Source: a virus. From it: a stretch of DNA of 64,000 nucleotides. The stretch's first letter is position 1; every line of letters starts with the position of its first letter. The translations under genes and the position numbers were made by a program. This document shows positions 29,319 through 36,949 of the stretch, piece by piece. The notes beneath the pieces were generated by a model. It saw only the letters and a program-made list of their open reading frames with translations. It ran no database searches and was not told the origin of the DNA. Where the stretch lies: positions 71,655-135,654 of the IMG/VR virus record IMGVR_UViG_3300037483_000443. One strand, 5' to 3'.

Positions 29319-29756
29319 ATGTCTCTACTAAACGAAATGCTCATCATCTCTCAGCTGAAAGAATCTGCTGGTAGTGATACAACAACTCTTACTAATCTTC
29401 CAGAGTTCAAGGAACTTGCAAAAGCAGACCCTGCTTTTGCAAAGAACCTCATTCTTGCTTGGAAGGGCGACTCGGCAGTTTATGCTAAGTCAGCAGGAAA
29501 GACCAAAGATCTTTTGTTCCCTTTGCTGTTCAAGAAAGATTACTTGGACAAGAAAGGTCAAAAGTTTGCAGAACTGCCACACTTTAAGCAGATCATCAGT
29601 GCTCTTGCTAAGGTCTACGCGAAAACTTTTCCACAGATCCCAGAAGATGCCCGAATCGACGTGGGTGTCTGGCACGACGTAAAGTGGAAACGAGCATACG
29701 AATCAGCTGAAGAACAGGCTGAGTATGATATGCTTCGCGAAGAACTTCTCAGTTAA
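29319..29756 (+). CDS. putative internal head protein inserted in the tRNA array
   Basis: MSLLNEM...LKES leader; TAAATA just upstream. Confidence 0.6.
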   Translation: MSLLNEMLIISQLKESAGSDTTTLTNLPEFKELAKADPAFAKNLILAWKGDSAVYAKSAGKTKDLLFPLLFKKDYLDKKGQKFAELPHFKQIISALAKVYAKTFPQIPEDARIDVGVWHDVKWKRAYESAEEQAEYDMLREELLS

Positions 29757-29994
29757 TCATTATCTTCATTGAAGAGCGTTACGATCGGACCAAGGTTCCA
29801 TACCTCATCAGTTTGGTAACGTTGTTGCAGCAAGTATCTCTGCTTCTGCAGTTCACGGTTGCTTGAATCTTTAAGCTTGATGATGCGCAGCTTGAAGAGC
29901 ATCCTTGCACCGAAGCGATCCTTGCCGAAGTTCAATGCGCAAAACGTTTCTAACTTCAACTTCTTATACTTCAACCACTCTCTCAGAGTCAGAT

Positions 29995-30210
29995 TCATAG
30001 TTCAAACGCGTTGTAGACGTGAACAATAACCTGTTTACCAGAAGGCAGAACCGCGTCAAGCTTATAGTGATTGATCGATTCACGTTTGGCAGCAAATTCT
30101 TTCTCAACGTTTGATTCGAGAAACTCTTTGTTCTCTTTTGTCATGAATCCGAAGGGAAACTTTCCTGCAGCTTCGATACCGTGTTGAATTTTAACTTTTA
30201 CTGTAGACAT
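29995..30210 (-). CDS. hypothetical early protein
   Basis: AAGGAGG RBS behind promoter 30234-30261. Confidence 0.65.
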   Translation of the reverse strand: MSTVKVKIQHGIEAAGKFPFGFMTKENKEFLESNVEKEFAAKRESINHYKLDAVLPSGKQVIVHVYNAFEL

Positions 30211-30271
30211 AATTGCCTCCTTTTGATGGAGTAATTATATCATGAGCATCCAGAAAGTAAATAACTTTGTG

Positions 30272-30346
30272 TGGCAGCACCGGAGGGAATCGAACCCTCT
30301 AACTCTGGTTCAAAGCCAGATATCCATGCCATTGGATCTCGGTGCG
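30272..30346 (-). tRNA. tRNA-Gln(UUG)
   Basis: loop CTTTGAA, CCA. Confidence 0.8.
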
Positions 30347-30347
30347 G

Positions 30348-30422
30348 TGGCAGCCCCTCCCAGGGTCGAACTGGGGTCTACTGAGTCAGAGTCAGTCATC
30401 TTAGCCGTTAGACGAAGAGGCA
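30348..30422 (-). tRNA. tRNA-Gln(CUG)
   Basis: loop CTCTGAC, CCA. Confidence 0.85.
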
Positions 30423-30426
30423 ATTG

Positions 30427-30497
30427 AAGCAGAGAAGAAATCACGGTGGGTGTTAGTCGATTAAAAGGCGAAGTAACCCATTGCTACACATCTGCTT
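30427..30497 (-). ncRNA. WUACUUCG-core RNA, copy 1 (minimal)
   Basis: AAGCAGA/TCTGCTT stem, TGTGTAG, TGGG-TTACTTCG...CCCA. Confidence 0.7.
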
Positions 30498-30571
30498 GGT
30501 GCTTGGAAAGGGAATCGAACCCTAGGTCTGAGAGTTATCGGCTCTCTGTTCTACCATTGAACTATCCAAGC
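30497..30571 (-). tRNA. tRNA-Ile(GAU)
   Basis: loop CCGATAA (C33), CCA. Confidence 0.8.
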
Positions 30572-30573
30572 AT

Positions 30574-30647
30574 TGGGGTGAATCGGGGAATCGAACCCTC
30601 GCTTTCTGATTCACAGTCAGAAGTGCTACCACTACATCAGATCCACC
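30574..30647 (-). tRNA. tRNA-His(GUG)
   Basis: loop CTGTGAA, G-1, CCA. Confidence 0.85.
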
Positions 30648-30657
30648 GTTGAACAAC

Positions 30658-30734
30658 TGGTAGCCCCTACTGGATTCGAACCAGTGACCTATGCCTTATC
30701 AAGACACCGCTCTGGCCAACTGAGCTAAGAGGCT
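30658..30734 (-). tRNA. tRNA-Ile(GAU)
   Basis: loop TTGATAA, CCA. Confidence 0.88.
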
Positions 30735-30742
30735 ATTGAATA

Positions 30743-30869
30743 ACGATCGAATCGATATGACGGGAATCGAACCCGCGTCTCCCTCATCAAGAGGGCGCCT
30801 GATCCACTAGGCTACATGTCTCTTCATTCATCAAAGGATTGCCGTCCCTCTCAAACCAAAGTCGATCGT
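30743..30869 (-). ncRNA. tRNA-like RNA with 5-nt anticodon loop inside an outer helix
   Basis: D arm, CCCTC-TTGAT-GAGGG, T arm GCGGG-TTCGATT-CCCGT, no CCA; ACGATCGA/TCGATCGT closes the unit. Confidence 0.55.
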
Positions 30870-30925
30870 GGGCTACTGAAACATTCCAAATAGTCGGCAA
30901 ACGTCAGAGGGTGCTTTTCGTAACT

Positions 30926-31001
30926 TGGTGGGAGCACACGGTGACGATCCGTGACTCTTAGGGTAAAAGCCTAATGTGCAGAGCCGCTACACTATACTCC
31001 C
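30926..31001 (-). tRNA. tRNA-Lys(UUU)
   Basis: loop CTTTTAC, T loop ATCGTCA, CCA. Confidence 0.8.
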
Positions 31002-31033
31002 ATTTCATAATAGAAATAATTTCTGTTACTTTT

Positions 31034-31109
31034 TGGTGGGTGCCGAGAGAATCGAACTCTCATCTGGCGGATTAAGAGTCCGCTGTAATGGCCGTTATAC
31101 GAGGCACCC
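31034..31109 (-). tRNA. tRNA-Lys(CUU)
   Basis: GCGGA-CTCTTAA-TCCGC, CCA. Confidence 0.88.
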
Positions 31110-31112
31110 AAA

Positions 31113-31234
31113 TGGTAGAGATAAAATTGTCAGAGGTAACACTGCTTTCGCAGTTTGATGGGCTTGAACCATCTCATAATCGGGATATCTTCCCGGTCAC
31201 TTTTCCGAAGTAACTCTAAACGTTGCAACTACCA
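31113..31234 (-). ncRNA. WUACUUCG-core RNA, copy 2 (cargo with T-arm)
   Basis: TGGTAG/CTACCA stem, TAGAG-TTACTTCG...CTCTG, cargo GATGG-TTCAAGC-CCATC. Confidence 0.7.
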
Positions 31235-31235
31235 A

Positions 31236-31312
31236 GGTCTCTCGTGAAGGATTTGAACCTTCATTGTTCTACGTCCCAAACGTAGTGCCATACCAGGTTA
31301 GGCGAACGAGAG
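31236..31312 (-). tRNA. tRNA-Pro(UGG)
   Basis: loop TTTGGGA, ends CC-T. Confidence 0.85.
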
Positions 31313-31335
31313 ATAACTACTGCAATTTCCTGTGT

Positions 31336-31410
31336 TGGAACTCCCAACCGGATTCGAACCGGTATCTTCACGCTGAGAACGTAACGACCTAGCCGTTAGT
31401 CGATGAGAGT
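31336..31410 (-). tRNA. tRNA-Glu(CUC)
   Basis: loop TTCTCAG, CCA. Confidence 0.8.
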
Positions 31411-31462
31411 ATGGTGTCTATGTACTTCGGTTTGAGCAAACTGGCCCATAGACATGCATAAC

Positions 31463-31537
31463 TGGTCAGGACGGAGGGACTCGAACCCTCATCGTCTTCG
31501 TTCCGAACAAAGTAGCCAACCTTTGACCCACGTCCTG
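31463..31537 (-). tRNA. tRNA-Pro(CGG)
   Basis: loop TTCGGAA (A37), CCA. Confidence 0.8.
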
Positions 31538-31545
31538 ATGTAAAG

Positions 31546-31618
31546 TCCGACGTCCTAAGCCACTATGACGACAGTCAGCATTACCTGGACCGCCGGGATT
31601 CGAACCCGGGTTTTCGGA
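31546..31618 (-). ncRNA. circularly permuted tRNA module (T arm - closed acceptor - D arm)
   Basis: TCCGA..CCGGG-TTCGAAT-CCCGG-CGGTC..GACTG-TCGTCATAGTGGCTTAGGACG-TCGGA. Confidence 0.7.
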
Positions 31619-31619
31619 A

Positions 31620-31693
31620 GGTGGAGGCCCACGGTATCGCACCGTTGTAGTCAAAAATCTTGCAAGGATTTTCCGCAGCCTTCTGCTGCCCCC
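31620..31693 (-). tRNA. atypical tRNA-Ala(UGC), reduced D arm
   Basis: G3-U70 acceptor, GCAG-AAGG-CTGC mini D arm, loop CTTGCAA, T loop TGCGATA; overlapped by endonuclease stop. Confidence 0.65.
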
Positions 31694-32370
31694 AATTGTT
31701 TGATAACTCTTCCCTTTCGCCACCCTTCAGGAATAGAGTCAGTTTTATTGATACATTTACTTTCTACTTCATTTGTGATCCACATCAGACCAAAACGTGA
31801 ATTCTTTTCACCCTGTTGATGGTTATTCTGTTTGAAGGATTCTTTTCTCTTGATCATCGTTTCAGGAGAAGACAAAGCTTTAAGACCGGATTGACAACCT
31901 TTAACTCTTGCTTCTCGATTTGTAATCCAAGATCTTTTAATATGTCCACTCTTACTAACTGCTTTGCCGAACTTTTGCTTAAATTCAGGATCTTTCATTC
32001 TCTCTAAGAATTTAAGCTTGCATTTATCGTTGCGCATTTTATACTGCTCTTTGGTAAGACGTATGTCTCCACCACCAAGAGACAAATTCATGCACATTGA
32101 ATCTCTCAGCATCTTTTCTGTGATCACTTCAGCTTCTCTCTTCTTAAGAGATTCACGATCAGGGAGAAACTCCAAGATCTCTAACTTGAAGTTCTCACGA
32201 CCATGCTTCTTGATCGAATGCCACAAACGAGTTCCCGATCCGACATAACCATCTTCAAGAGAATCTGTTGAGTGCATCCCGTAGTAGAACTTACCGTTCA
32301 CCTGACATGTTGTTTTATAGATGAAGTGGTACTTCTTGGGATTAGTGTACCAGTTCTGTTTCTTTGACAT
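31651..32370 (-). CDS. GIY-YIG (Seg-like) homing endonuclease
   Basis: FIYKTT...FYYGMHST...YVGSG...HG.ENF; C-terminal G..WITN...IPEGWRKGR; ATAAATA at 32392-32398. Confidence 0.88.
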   Translation of the reverse strand: MSKKQNWYTNPKKYHFIYKTTCQVNGKFYYGMHSTDSLEDGYVGSGTRLWHSIKKHGRENFKLEILEFLPDRESLKKREAEVITEKMLRDSMCMNLSLGGGDIRLTKEQYKMRNDKCKLKFLERMKDPEFKQKFGKAVSKSGHIKRSWITNREARVKGCQSGLKALSSPETMIKRKESFKQNNHQQGEKNSRFGLMWITNEVESKCINKTDSIPEGWRKGRVIKQLGAAEGCGKSLQDF

Positions 32371-32422
32371 CTCACTATACTCCTTTGAGAGTATTTATGT
32401 GAGAGCATCAAAAAAAAATTAC

Positions 32423-32497
32423 GGTGGAGGTAGGGAGGATCGAACTCCCGACATTATGCTTGCAAAGCATACGCTCTCCCAGCTGAGCTAATCCCCC
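32423..32497 (-). tRNA. tRNA-Ala(UGC)
   Basis: G3-U70, loop TTTGCAA, ends CC-G. Confidence 0.85.
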
Positions 32498-32503
32498 ATA
32501 TGA

Positions 32504-32570
32504 CGGCGCTCTACCATTGAGCTACACCTAGTTACCTAAGCGCTGGGAATCGAACCCAGAGTCTCCGCCG
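32504..32570 (-). ncRNA. circularly permuted tRNA module
   Basis: CGGCG..CTGGG-TTCGATT-CCCAG-CGCTTAG-GTAA-CTAGGTG-TAGCTCAATGGTAGAG-CGCCG. Confidence 0.78.
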
Positions 32571-32646
32571 GTCTCTCATGGCAGATTCGAACTGCCGTTA
32601 TGCTTGCACCCCATGCAAGTGCCATACCAGACTAGGCGAATGAGAG
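32570..32646 (-). tRNA. tRNA-Pro(GGG)
   Basis: loop ATGGGGT, ends CC-G. Confidence 0.82.
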
Positions 32647-32654
32647 ATAGACGT

Positions 32655-32736
32655 TCCAGTGCTCTGCCGTTGAGCTACCGCTAGGACGGCTTTAAACCGT
32701 TTCCCGGCAGTCTGGGATCGAACCAGAATCGCTGGA
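32655..32736 (-). ncRNA. circularly permuted tRNA module
   Basis: TCCAG..TCTGG-TTCGATC-CCAGA, extended closed acceptor, TAGCTCAACGGCAGAGCA-CTGGA. Confidence 0.75.
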
Positions 32737-32811
32737 GGTGCGCCCGGTCGGAATCGAACCGACATCTACGGTTTTTCAAACCGTCACCTGAACCATCACG
32801 GTCACAGACGC
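32737..32811 (-). tRNA. tRNA-Phe(GAA)
   Basis: loop TTGAAAA, ends CC-T. Confidence 0.8.
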
Positions 32812-32815
32812 ATGT

Positions 32816-32921
32816 AAGTAGAGTTAAAGTTACTGAGAGAGTTGCCACCAAGCGGCGTCCTCGGGATGGCCCAAGGATTGGAGTCGAACCAACGAAGTAT
32901 CTCTTAGCTACGCAGCTACTT
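32816..32921 (-). ncRNA. WUACUUCG-core RNA, copy 3 (cargo with T-arm)
   Basis: AAGTAG/CTACTT stem, TGCGTAG, AAGAG-ATACTTCG-TTGG-TTCGACT-CCAA...CTCT. Confidence 0.72.
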
Positions 32922-32995
32922 GGTCGCGATCCCCGGTTACGATCCGAGTATTAGTCCTTATGAGAGACCCGTGATAGCCAGTTCACTAGATCGCG
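32921..32995 (-). tRNA. tRNA-Met(CAU)
   Basis: loop CTCATAA, T loop ATCGTAA, CCA. Confidence 0.75.
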
Positions 32996-32996
32996 A

Positions 32997-33071
32997 TGGT
33001 CCGCCCACCTGGAATCGAACCAGGGTTACAAGTTTAGAAGACTCGTGTATTTTCCACTATACGATGGACGG
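32997..33071 (-). tRNA. tRNA-Arg(UCU)
   Basis: loop CTTCTAA, CCA. Confidence 0.85.
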
Positions 33072-33073
33072 AT

Positions 33074-33146
33074 TGGTTGCGGTCGCCGGTGACGCTCCGG
33101 TTCTAGGGGATATGAACCCCTCGTGGCACTTTTCCACTACCCCGCG
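33074..33146 (-). tRNA. initiator tRNA-fMet(CAU)
   Basis: C1:A72 mismatch, GGG/CCC in anticodon stem, loop TTCATAT, CCA. Confidence 0.8.
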
Positions 33147-33219
33147 GTCAGTGCGACAGGACTCGAACCTGCATCGTCTTCGTTCCAAACAAAGTGATCA
33201 ACCTTTGACCCACACACTG
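33146..33219 (-). tRNA. tRNA-Pro(UGG)
   Basis: loop TTTGGAA (A37); paralogue of 31463-31537; ends CC-G. Confidence 0.8.
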
Positions 33220-33230
33220 ATAGTTACTGC

Positions 33231-33306
33231 TGGCGCTCCTAGGGGGAGTCGAACCCCTCTTTGCTGAGTTGAAAGCCCAGTGTCCTAACCGGTAGACGAT
33301 AGGAGC
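33231..33306 (-). tRNA. tRNA-Glu(UUC)
   Basis: loop CTTTCAA, CCA. Confidence 0.88.
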
Positions 33307-33311
33307 ATAAT

Positions 33312-33386
33312 TGGCGACCCGTGCGAGACTCGAACTCGCTTCCGATGCTAGACAGGCATCTATAATACCCTATATACGAACAGGCC
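33312..33386 (-). tRNA. tRNA-Asp(GUC)
   Basis: loop CTGTCTA, G73, CCA. Confidence 0.85.
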
Positions 33387-33388
33387 AT

Positions 33389-33472
33389 AATCAGAGAAAA
33401 GATCGGCAAGAGTGACTGGCTTTCGCCAAGTTTTCCATAAACGAAGTAACTCTCATTCCTACGCATCTGATT
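33389..33472 (-). ncRNA. WUACUUCG-core RNA, copy 4
   Basis: AATCAGA/TCTGATT stem, TGCGTAG, GAGAG-TTACTTCG...TTGGC-GAAA-GCCAG..CTCTT. Confidence 0.72.
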
Positions 33473-33545
33473 GGTACTGCGTACGGGAATCGAACCCGTC
33501 TCGTCGGCTTGAAGGGCCGCGGATCTCCCAGAAATCCAACGCAGT
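33472..33545 (-). tRNA. tRNA-Glu(UUC) with C33
   Basis: CGGC-CCTTCAA-GCCG, CCA. Confidence 0.7.
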
Positions 33546-33594
33546 ATGGTTCACTTGAATTTGTATAGACGCGCAAGTGATGTTCGCGCCGTTG

Positions 33595-33669
33595 TGGCGG
33601 GCTAGAGGGGAGTCGAACCCCCTTGTTGTGATAGACAGTCACACATAATAACCGGTATATGACTAACCC
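33595..33669 (-). tRNA. tRNA-Asp(GUC)
   Basis: loop CTGTCTA, CCA. Confidence 0.85.
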
Positions 33670-33674
33670 ATGTT

Positions 33675-33751
33675 TGGCTCCCCAGGCTGGATTCGAACCA
33701 ACGACCTAGTGATTAACAGTCACTCGCTACTACCGACTGAGCTACTGGGGA
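33675..33751 (-). tRNA. tRNA-Asn(GUU)
   Basis: loop CTGTTAA, CCA. Confidence 0.9.
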
Positions 33752-33827
33752 ATTGTTTGGCGGTGTTCGTGTGAATCTTGACCGTAGTCAAGAACCATGC
33801 TTAACTAGTCGCATGTCATGTAACACC

Positions 33828-33920
33828 GGGCTCCCCAGGCAGGAGTCGAACCTGCATACCGTTCAAGACGGACTACGGCTGATTAACAGTCAGCTCTCTT
33901 ACCACACAGAGTCCCGGGGA
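33828..33920 (-). tRNA. tRNA-Asn(GUU) with long variable arm
   Basis: loop CTGTTAA, variable region with CCGT-CTTGA-ACGG, ends CC-C. Confidence 0.75.
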
Positions 33921-33947
33921 ATTGTATTACTACTGCTTATTGCAGTT

Positions 33948-34022
33948 TGGACCCCCGTACAGGAATCGAACCTGTGTCTTGGCGTTCGTAGCACCACGCA
34001 TTTTCCACTATACGAACGGGAG
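33948..34022 (-). tRNA. tRNA-Arg(ACG)
   Basis: loop CTACGAA, CCA. Confidence 0.85.
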
Positions 34023-34026
34023 TTAT

Positions 34027-34103
34027 TGGTGCCTGGTGAAGGACTCGAACCTTCATAATCCACTTTGTAAGAGTGGTGGCTAACCTCTCACCGTCAACCA
34101 GGC
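34027..34103 (-). tRNA. tRNA-Val(UAC)
   Basis: loop CTTACAA, CCA. Confidence 0.82.
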
Positions 34104-34340
34104 AAAAATTTGATGACAGAAAAATCGTCATCGAACGTTCCTTTTATCACCCTCGGTGGGGATCAATCCAGATAAATGAAGACCATCGTCTTCAACCACG
34201 CCCTCATTATGGAGTCCTTTATTTTGAGTGCCGGACGCGATCGCGTTCCGCATTAGCACTTTACTACGTACAGCTTTGAAAATGATCAAGGGACCTTTTA
34301 AGGTCCCTCGCAGTTGGATTCTACTTCTTGTTAGATCTAG

Positions 34341-34493
34341 TTAATCACCGGATCCAGCTCCAATTGCGAGGACTTTTGCATTTCTTGCATCATTATCCAT
34401 CACTTCAGGTCGATTTGTTCGTTCAAAGCAAATCTCTACCTGCTTAGGTGTTGGTGTTGGTTGATGCGCAAATTTTATTGCAAAAGTTTTCAT
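34341..34493 (-). CDS. 50 aa ORF ahead of the tRNA array
   Basis: MKTFAIKFAHQPTPTPKQ...GAGSGD*, ATAAATA immediately upstream, hairpin AGGGACCTT/AAGGTCCCT at 34289-34308 downstream. Confidence 0.4.
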   Translation of the reverse strand: MKTFAIKFAHQPTPTPKQVEICFERTNRPEVMDNDARNAKVLAIGAGSGD

Positions 34494-34652
34494 AATGTTA
34501 TTTATGGTTGAGCAATCTTTTCCAAAAAGTTAGTTCCACGAGGGAGCATTAAGAGTGGGACGTCAACCCGAAGGTATCAGTACGACCACTTTCAATATTT
34601 CCTCAGTGTAAGAGTATTGTATCACAGACTCTTACAAAAGTAAACATATTTG

Positions 34653-34809
34653 TTGAAGATGTAAAGCACGATAATCTCTCCGCTTTACCGCTAAGCTACC
34701 AGTCCACTATTGTGTCCCAGGTCGGGGTTGAACCGACGACTGACTCTGATCTCTTATCGTCCGCGCGAACTTTAAGAAACTGCAAGATTGTCGTGCTTTA
34801 CATCTTCAA
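34653..34809 (-). ncRNA. permuted tRNA module closed by a 25-bp helix
   Basis: TTGAAGATGTAAAGCACGA(C/T)AATCT inverted repeat enclosing GTCGG-TTCAACC-CCGAC and TAGCTTAGCGGTAAAGC; promoter at 34829-34858. Confidence 0.7.
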
Positions 34810-35022
34810 TTTCGTTTACCGTAAGAGAATTGTAACATAAGTCTCTTCAAAAGTAAACATATTTGTTGCTTAGTTCTTGGTACCGTTGAGCAAGAGTTTT
34901 CACTCTCTTCTTTATCCGGAACTCCGACGAATCGGCTCCGCGCTACTGCGTACTCGGTTTGTGGGTAAGGACTCGAACCTCACTATACATTACACCTACC
35001 GTAGGTGTCATACCACAAAATT

Positions 35023-35170
35023 TGGGTCGACATTACGGAATCGAACCGTCCAGCTTCGTTAGTTCGGTACTCTCTAGCAGTCTTATCTGCTCCGTAGGCT
35101 TACCGCTACGTTGAAGTCTCTATCGCCGCCTGGAACCACCTGTCTCGGTATTTCCTTTCGGATCCACCGT
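35023..35170 (-). ncRNA. Y RNA-like transcript with T arm
   Basis: 5' TGGATCCGAAAGG pairs with 3' TCGACCCA leaving a bulged C; ACGG-TTCGATT-CCGT; promoter at 35177-35205. Confidence 0.45.
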
Positions 35171-35218
35171 TTGAACATTATATCAGGAAGTACCAAAAAG
35201 TAAACAACTTTGTTGAGT

Positions 35219-35722
35219 CTACTGAAACTTTTTTCGTTTGATCAAGTATTCTTTGAAGTCATTCCAAGCTTCGTCTGGAATTTGCTTACTAAGCAAAACT
35301 GTCATCATCCCACCAGCTGGGAGCTTAACATTCTCAATAATCTTGGGAAAACTTCCCTTATTGAATTTTCGCGCAATCCAGTTATAGATCTTCATTCGCT
35401 TTTCTGCATGATCAGCAGCCATGAAGATGATTGCGTCTAGATCATATTCATGAATCTTAGATGAGACTCCGTTAATAACGGCGCCTAATACTTTTGCAGA
35501 ATTTTTGTTGTTCCCTGTAAGTTCAAGACTATCAATCTCTCCCTTGGATTTCAGGAACCCAACGTTAGCGATGTTGTAAGTCTTTTGATTGAACTCATAA
35601 GTTCCAGCTTCAATTCGAATTTTGTAATTCTCATCTTCAACTGTAAACTTTCCAATTGCAGTCGATCGATCAGCAGACCAGTCAACTTGAACTGTAGAGT
35701 CAAAAATTTCGTTTATCAGCAT
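35219..35722 (-). CDS. putative late/virion protein
   Basis: MLINEIFDS leader, 167 aa. Confidence 0.65.
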   Translation of the reverse strand: MLINEIFDSTVQVDWSADRSTAIGKFTVEDENYKIRIEAGTYEFNQKTYNIANVGFLKSKGEIDSLELTGNNKNSAKVLGAVINGVSSKIHEYDLDAIIFMAADHAEKRMKIYNWIARKFNKGSFPKIIENVKLPAGGMMTVLLSKQIPDEAWNDFKEYLIKRKKFQ

Positions 35723-35728
35723 GTTTGT

Positions 35729-35775
35729 CTCATTGAGAAGAGCATGAGTTGTATGCTTATGCTCTTCTCAATGAG
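35729..35775. repeat. 17-bp inverted repeat downstream of tmRNA
   Basis: CTCATTGAGAAGAGCAT...ATGCTCTTCTCAATGAG. Confidence 0.7.
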
Positions 35776-35799
35776 GAGTGGATCATTATCACCACCCTC

Positions 35800-36095
35800 A
35801 CCTATCCGCCTATTCCGGGTCTGTACGGTTACAAAGAGTCTATTGCTAGACTAGGCGGAACTTCAGCTTAGGCTGCGAGAGCCAGAGCACCATTTGCGTC
35901 ATTAGCACTTATGGTTTTGCTACGCTTAGGGCGTTCGCCTTACCCGTTGACTTTTCATTCTATCTCACCCAATCAAATCCAGGTACACCCCCATGATGGA
36001 TCTTATTGCTCGGTGGAGGTGGCGGGAATCGAACCCGCGTCTTGAGCGCCTTACCTTAAAAGGTGTCCTTTCGGACTACAACGATATTCATACAA
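35800..36095 (-). ncRNA. ssrA: two-piece (circularly permuted) tmRNA
   Basis: T arm+CACCTCC-A-CC (36041-36012) lies upstream of 5' end GGGGGTG (35992); G3-U70; tag GCT..TAA 35906-35868 = ANDANGALALAA*; promoter 36103-36131. Confidence 0.9.
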
Positions 36096-36222
36096 CAGAA
36101 GCATTATATCACAGTCTACAATAAAGTAAACATTTGGATGATTGCGAAGGAATCAACCTAGACGCAATCATTACTACTATTTATTGGCGCCTGCTCTACC
36201 AGCTGAGCTACATCGAAGATTA

Positions 36223-36403
36223 CTGAATGCTGTTAGATAGACGGATCGGATTCGAACCGATGCTTCACCTGCGCGGAGGCACCTCGCGGATCTCTTAAGC
36301 CCTTCAAATCCAATATCTGATAGCAACATTGGAATTATTCAGGCGACTAGCCTCCAGGTGTGTTTTAGGCCGCTAAACTACCGACCGTCTAAGCAGCATC
36401 CAG
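36223..36403 (-). ncRNA. tRNA-like RNA with ~90-nt insertion in the anticodon arm
   Basis: extended acceptor helix, D arm TAGTTTAGCGGCCTAAAAC, CACCTG-GAGGC...GCCTC..CAGGTG, T arm ATCGG-TTCGAAT-CCGAT; promoter 36411-36439. Confidence 0.65.
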
Positions 36404-36449
36404 TTTGATCATTATATCAGGATACTCAAGAAAGTAAACAACTTTGTTG

Positions 36450-36728
36450 CTATTTTTGACGCTTCGGCATCAATTTATCATGCACATACATTGCACAATT
36501 GATGCCGATTGCACCACCCGCAGCAAAGAACAAGAACTGTTCTAGTTGTAATCCACCTGTGGGTAATAGCTTGAAGATTACGTAGTTGAATCCTGCGATA
36601 CCGATCGAAGTGATCGTTGACAGTAGATACTTACGATGCTCGACGTTGAGCTGTTGAAATCCGGCCAAGAAGACCAGAAGGAAAGATGAAGCAAAGAGAA
36701 GTAAATTATTGAACACAACTAGCTCCAT
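36450..36728 (-). CDS. small membrane protein
   Basis: three hydrophobic helices. Confidence 0.65.
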   Translation of the reverse strand: MELVVFNNLLLFASSFLLVFLAGFQQLNVEHRKYLLSTITSIGIAGFNYVIFKLLPTGGLQLEQFLFFAAGGAIGINCAMYVHDKLMPKRQK

Positions 36729-36942
36729 GACGAACGATTTTCACGATCTCACGAGTTGTAACGAGTCTACACTTCGCGGCAATCTCTGGGATCCGGTGCT
36801 TCGGAACATCATAGTGATCTTTGTGAAACCAACAAGACTTGATCTTGAGCTGTCGAGCCATCTCATGAAGATTCTCGATTGAGTAAGGAACGCAGATGAG
36901 GTGCCGTCCTGGACCGTCGGTCAGGAATTCAAGGGTAAACAT
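36706..36942 (-). CDS. DUF4031-like protein
   Basis: HL....LHEMA..L.IK..WFH.DHYDVP. Confidence 0.55.
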   Translation of the reverse strand: MFTLEFLTDGPGRHLICVPYSIENLHEMARQLKIKSCWFHKDHYDVPKHRIPEIAAKCRLVTTREIVKIVRHGASCVQ

Positions 36943-36949
36943 AAAGTCA

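Noticed and set aside
33472-33545. Opal (UCA) suppressor reading of loop CCTTCAA
   Set aside because: Stem register CGGC/GCCG centres TTC (Glu); C33 also occurs in other tRNAs here. A shifted register cannot be fully excluded
28928-35062. ORF-track ORFs over the tRNA array and most plus-strand ORFs elsewhere
   Set aside because: Antisense shadows of tRNAs or real minus-strand genes, without RBS or motifs
35040-35150. tRNA-Sec suggested by GACTTCAA
   Set aside because: No anticodon stem or 8-bp acceptor stem flanks it
27700-36450. CRISPR array
   Set aside because: Recurring TTCGA-type repeats are tRNA T loops; no constant repeat-spacer period or cas genes
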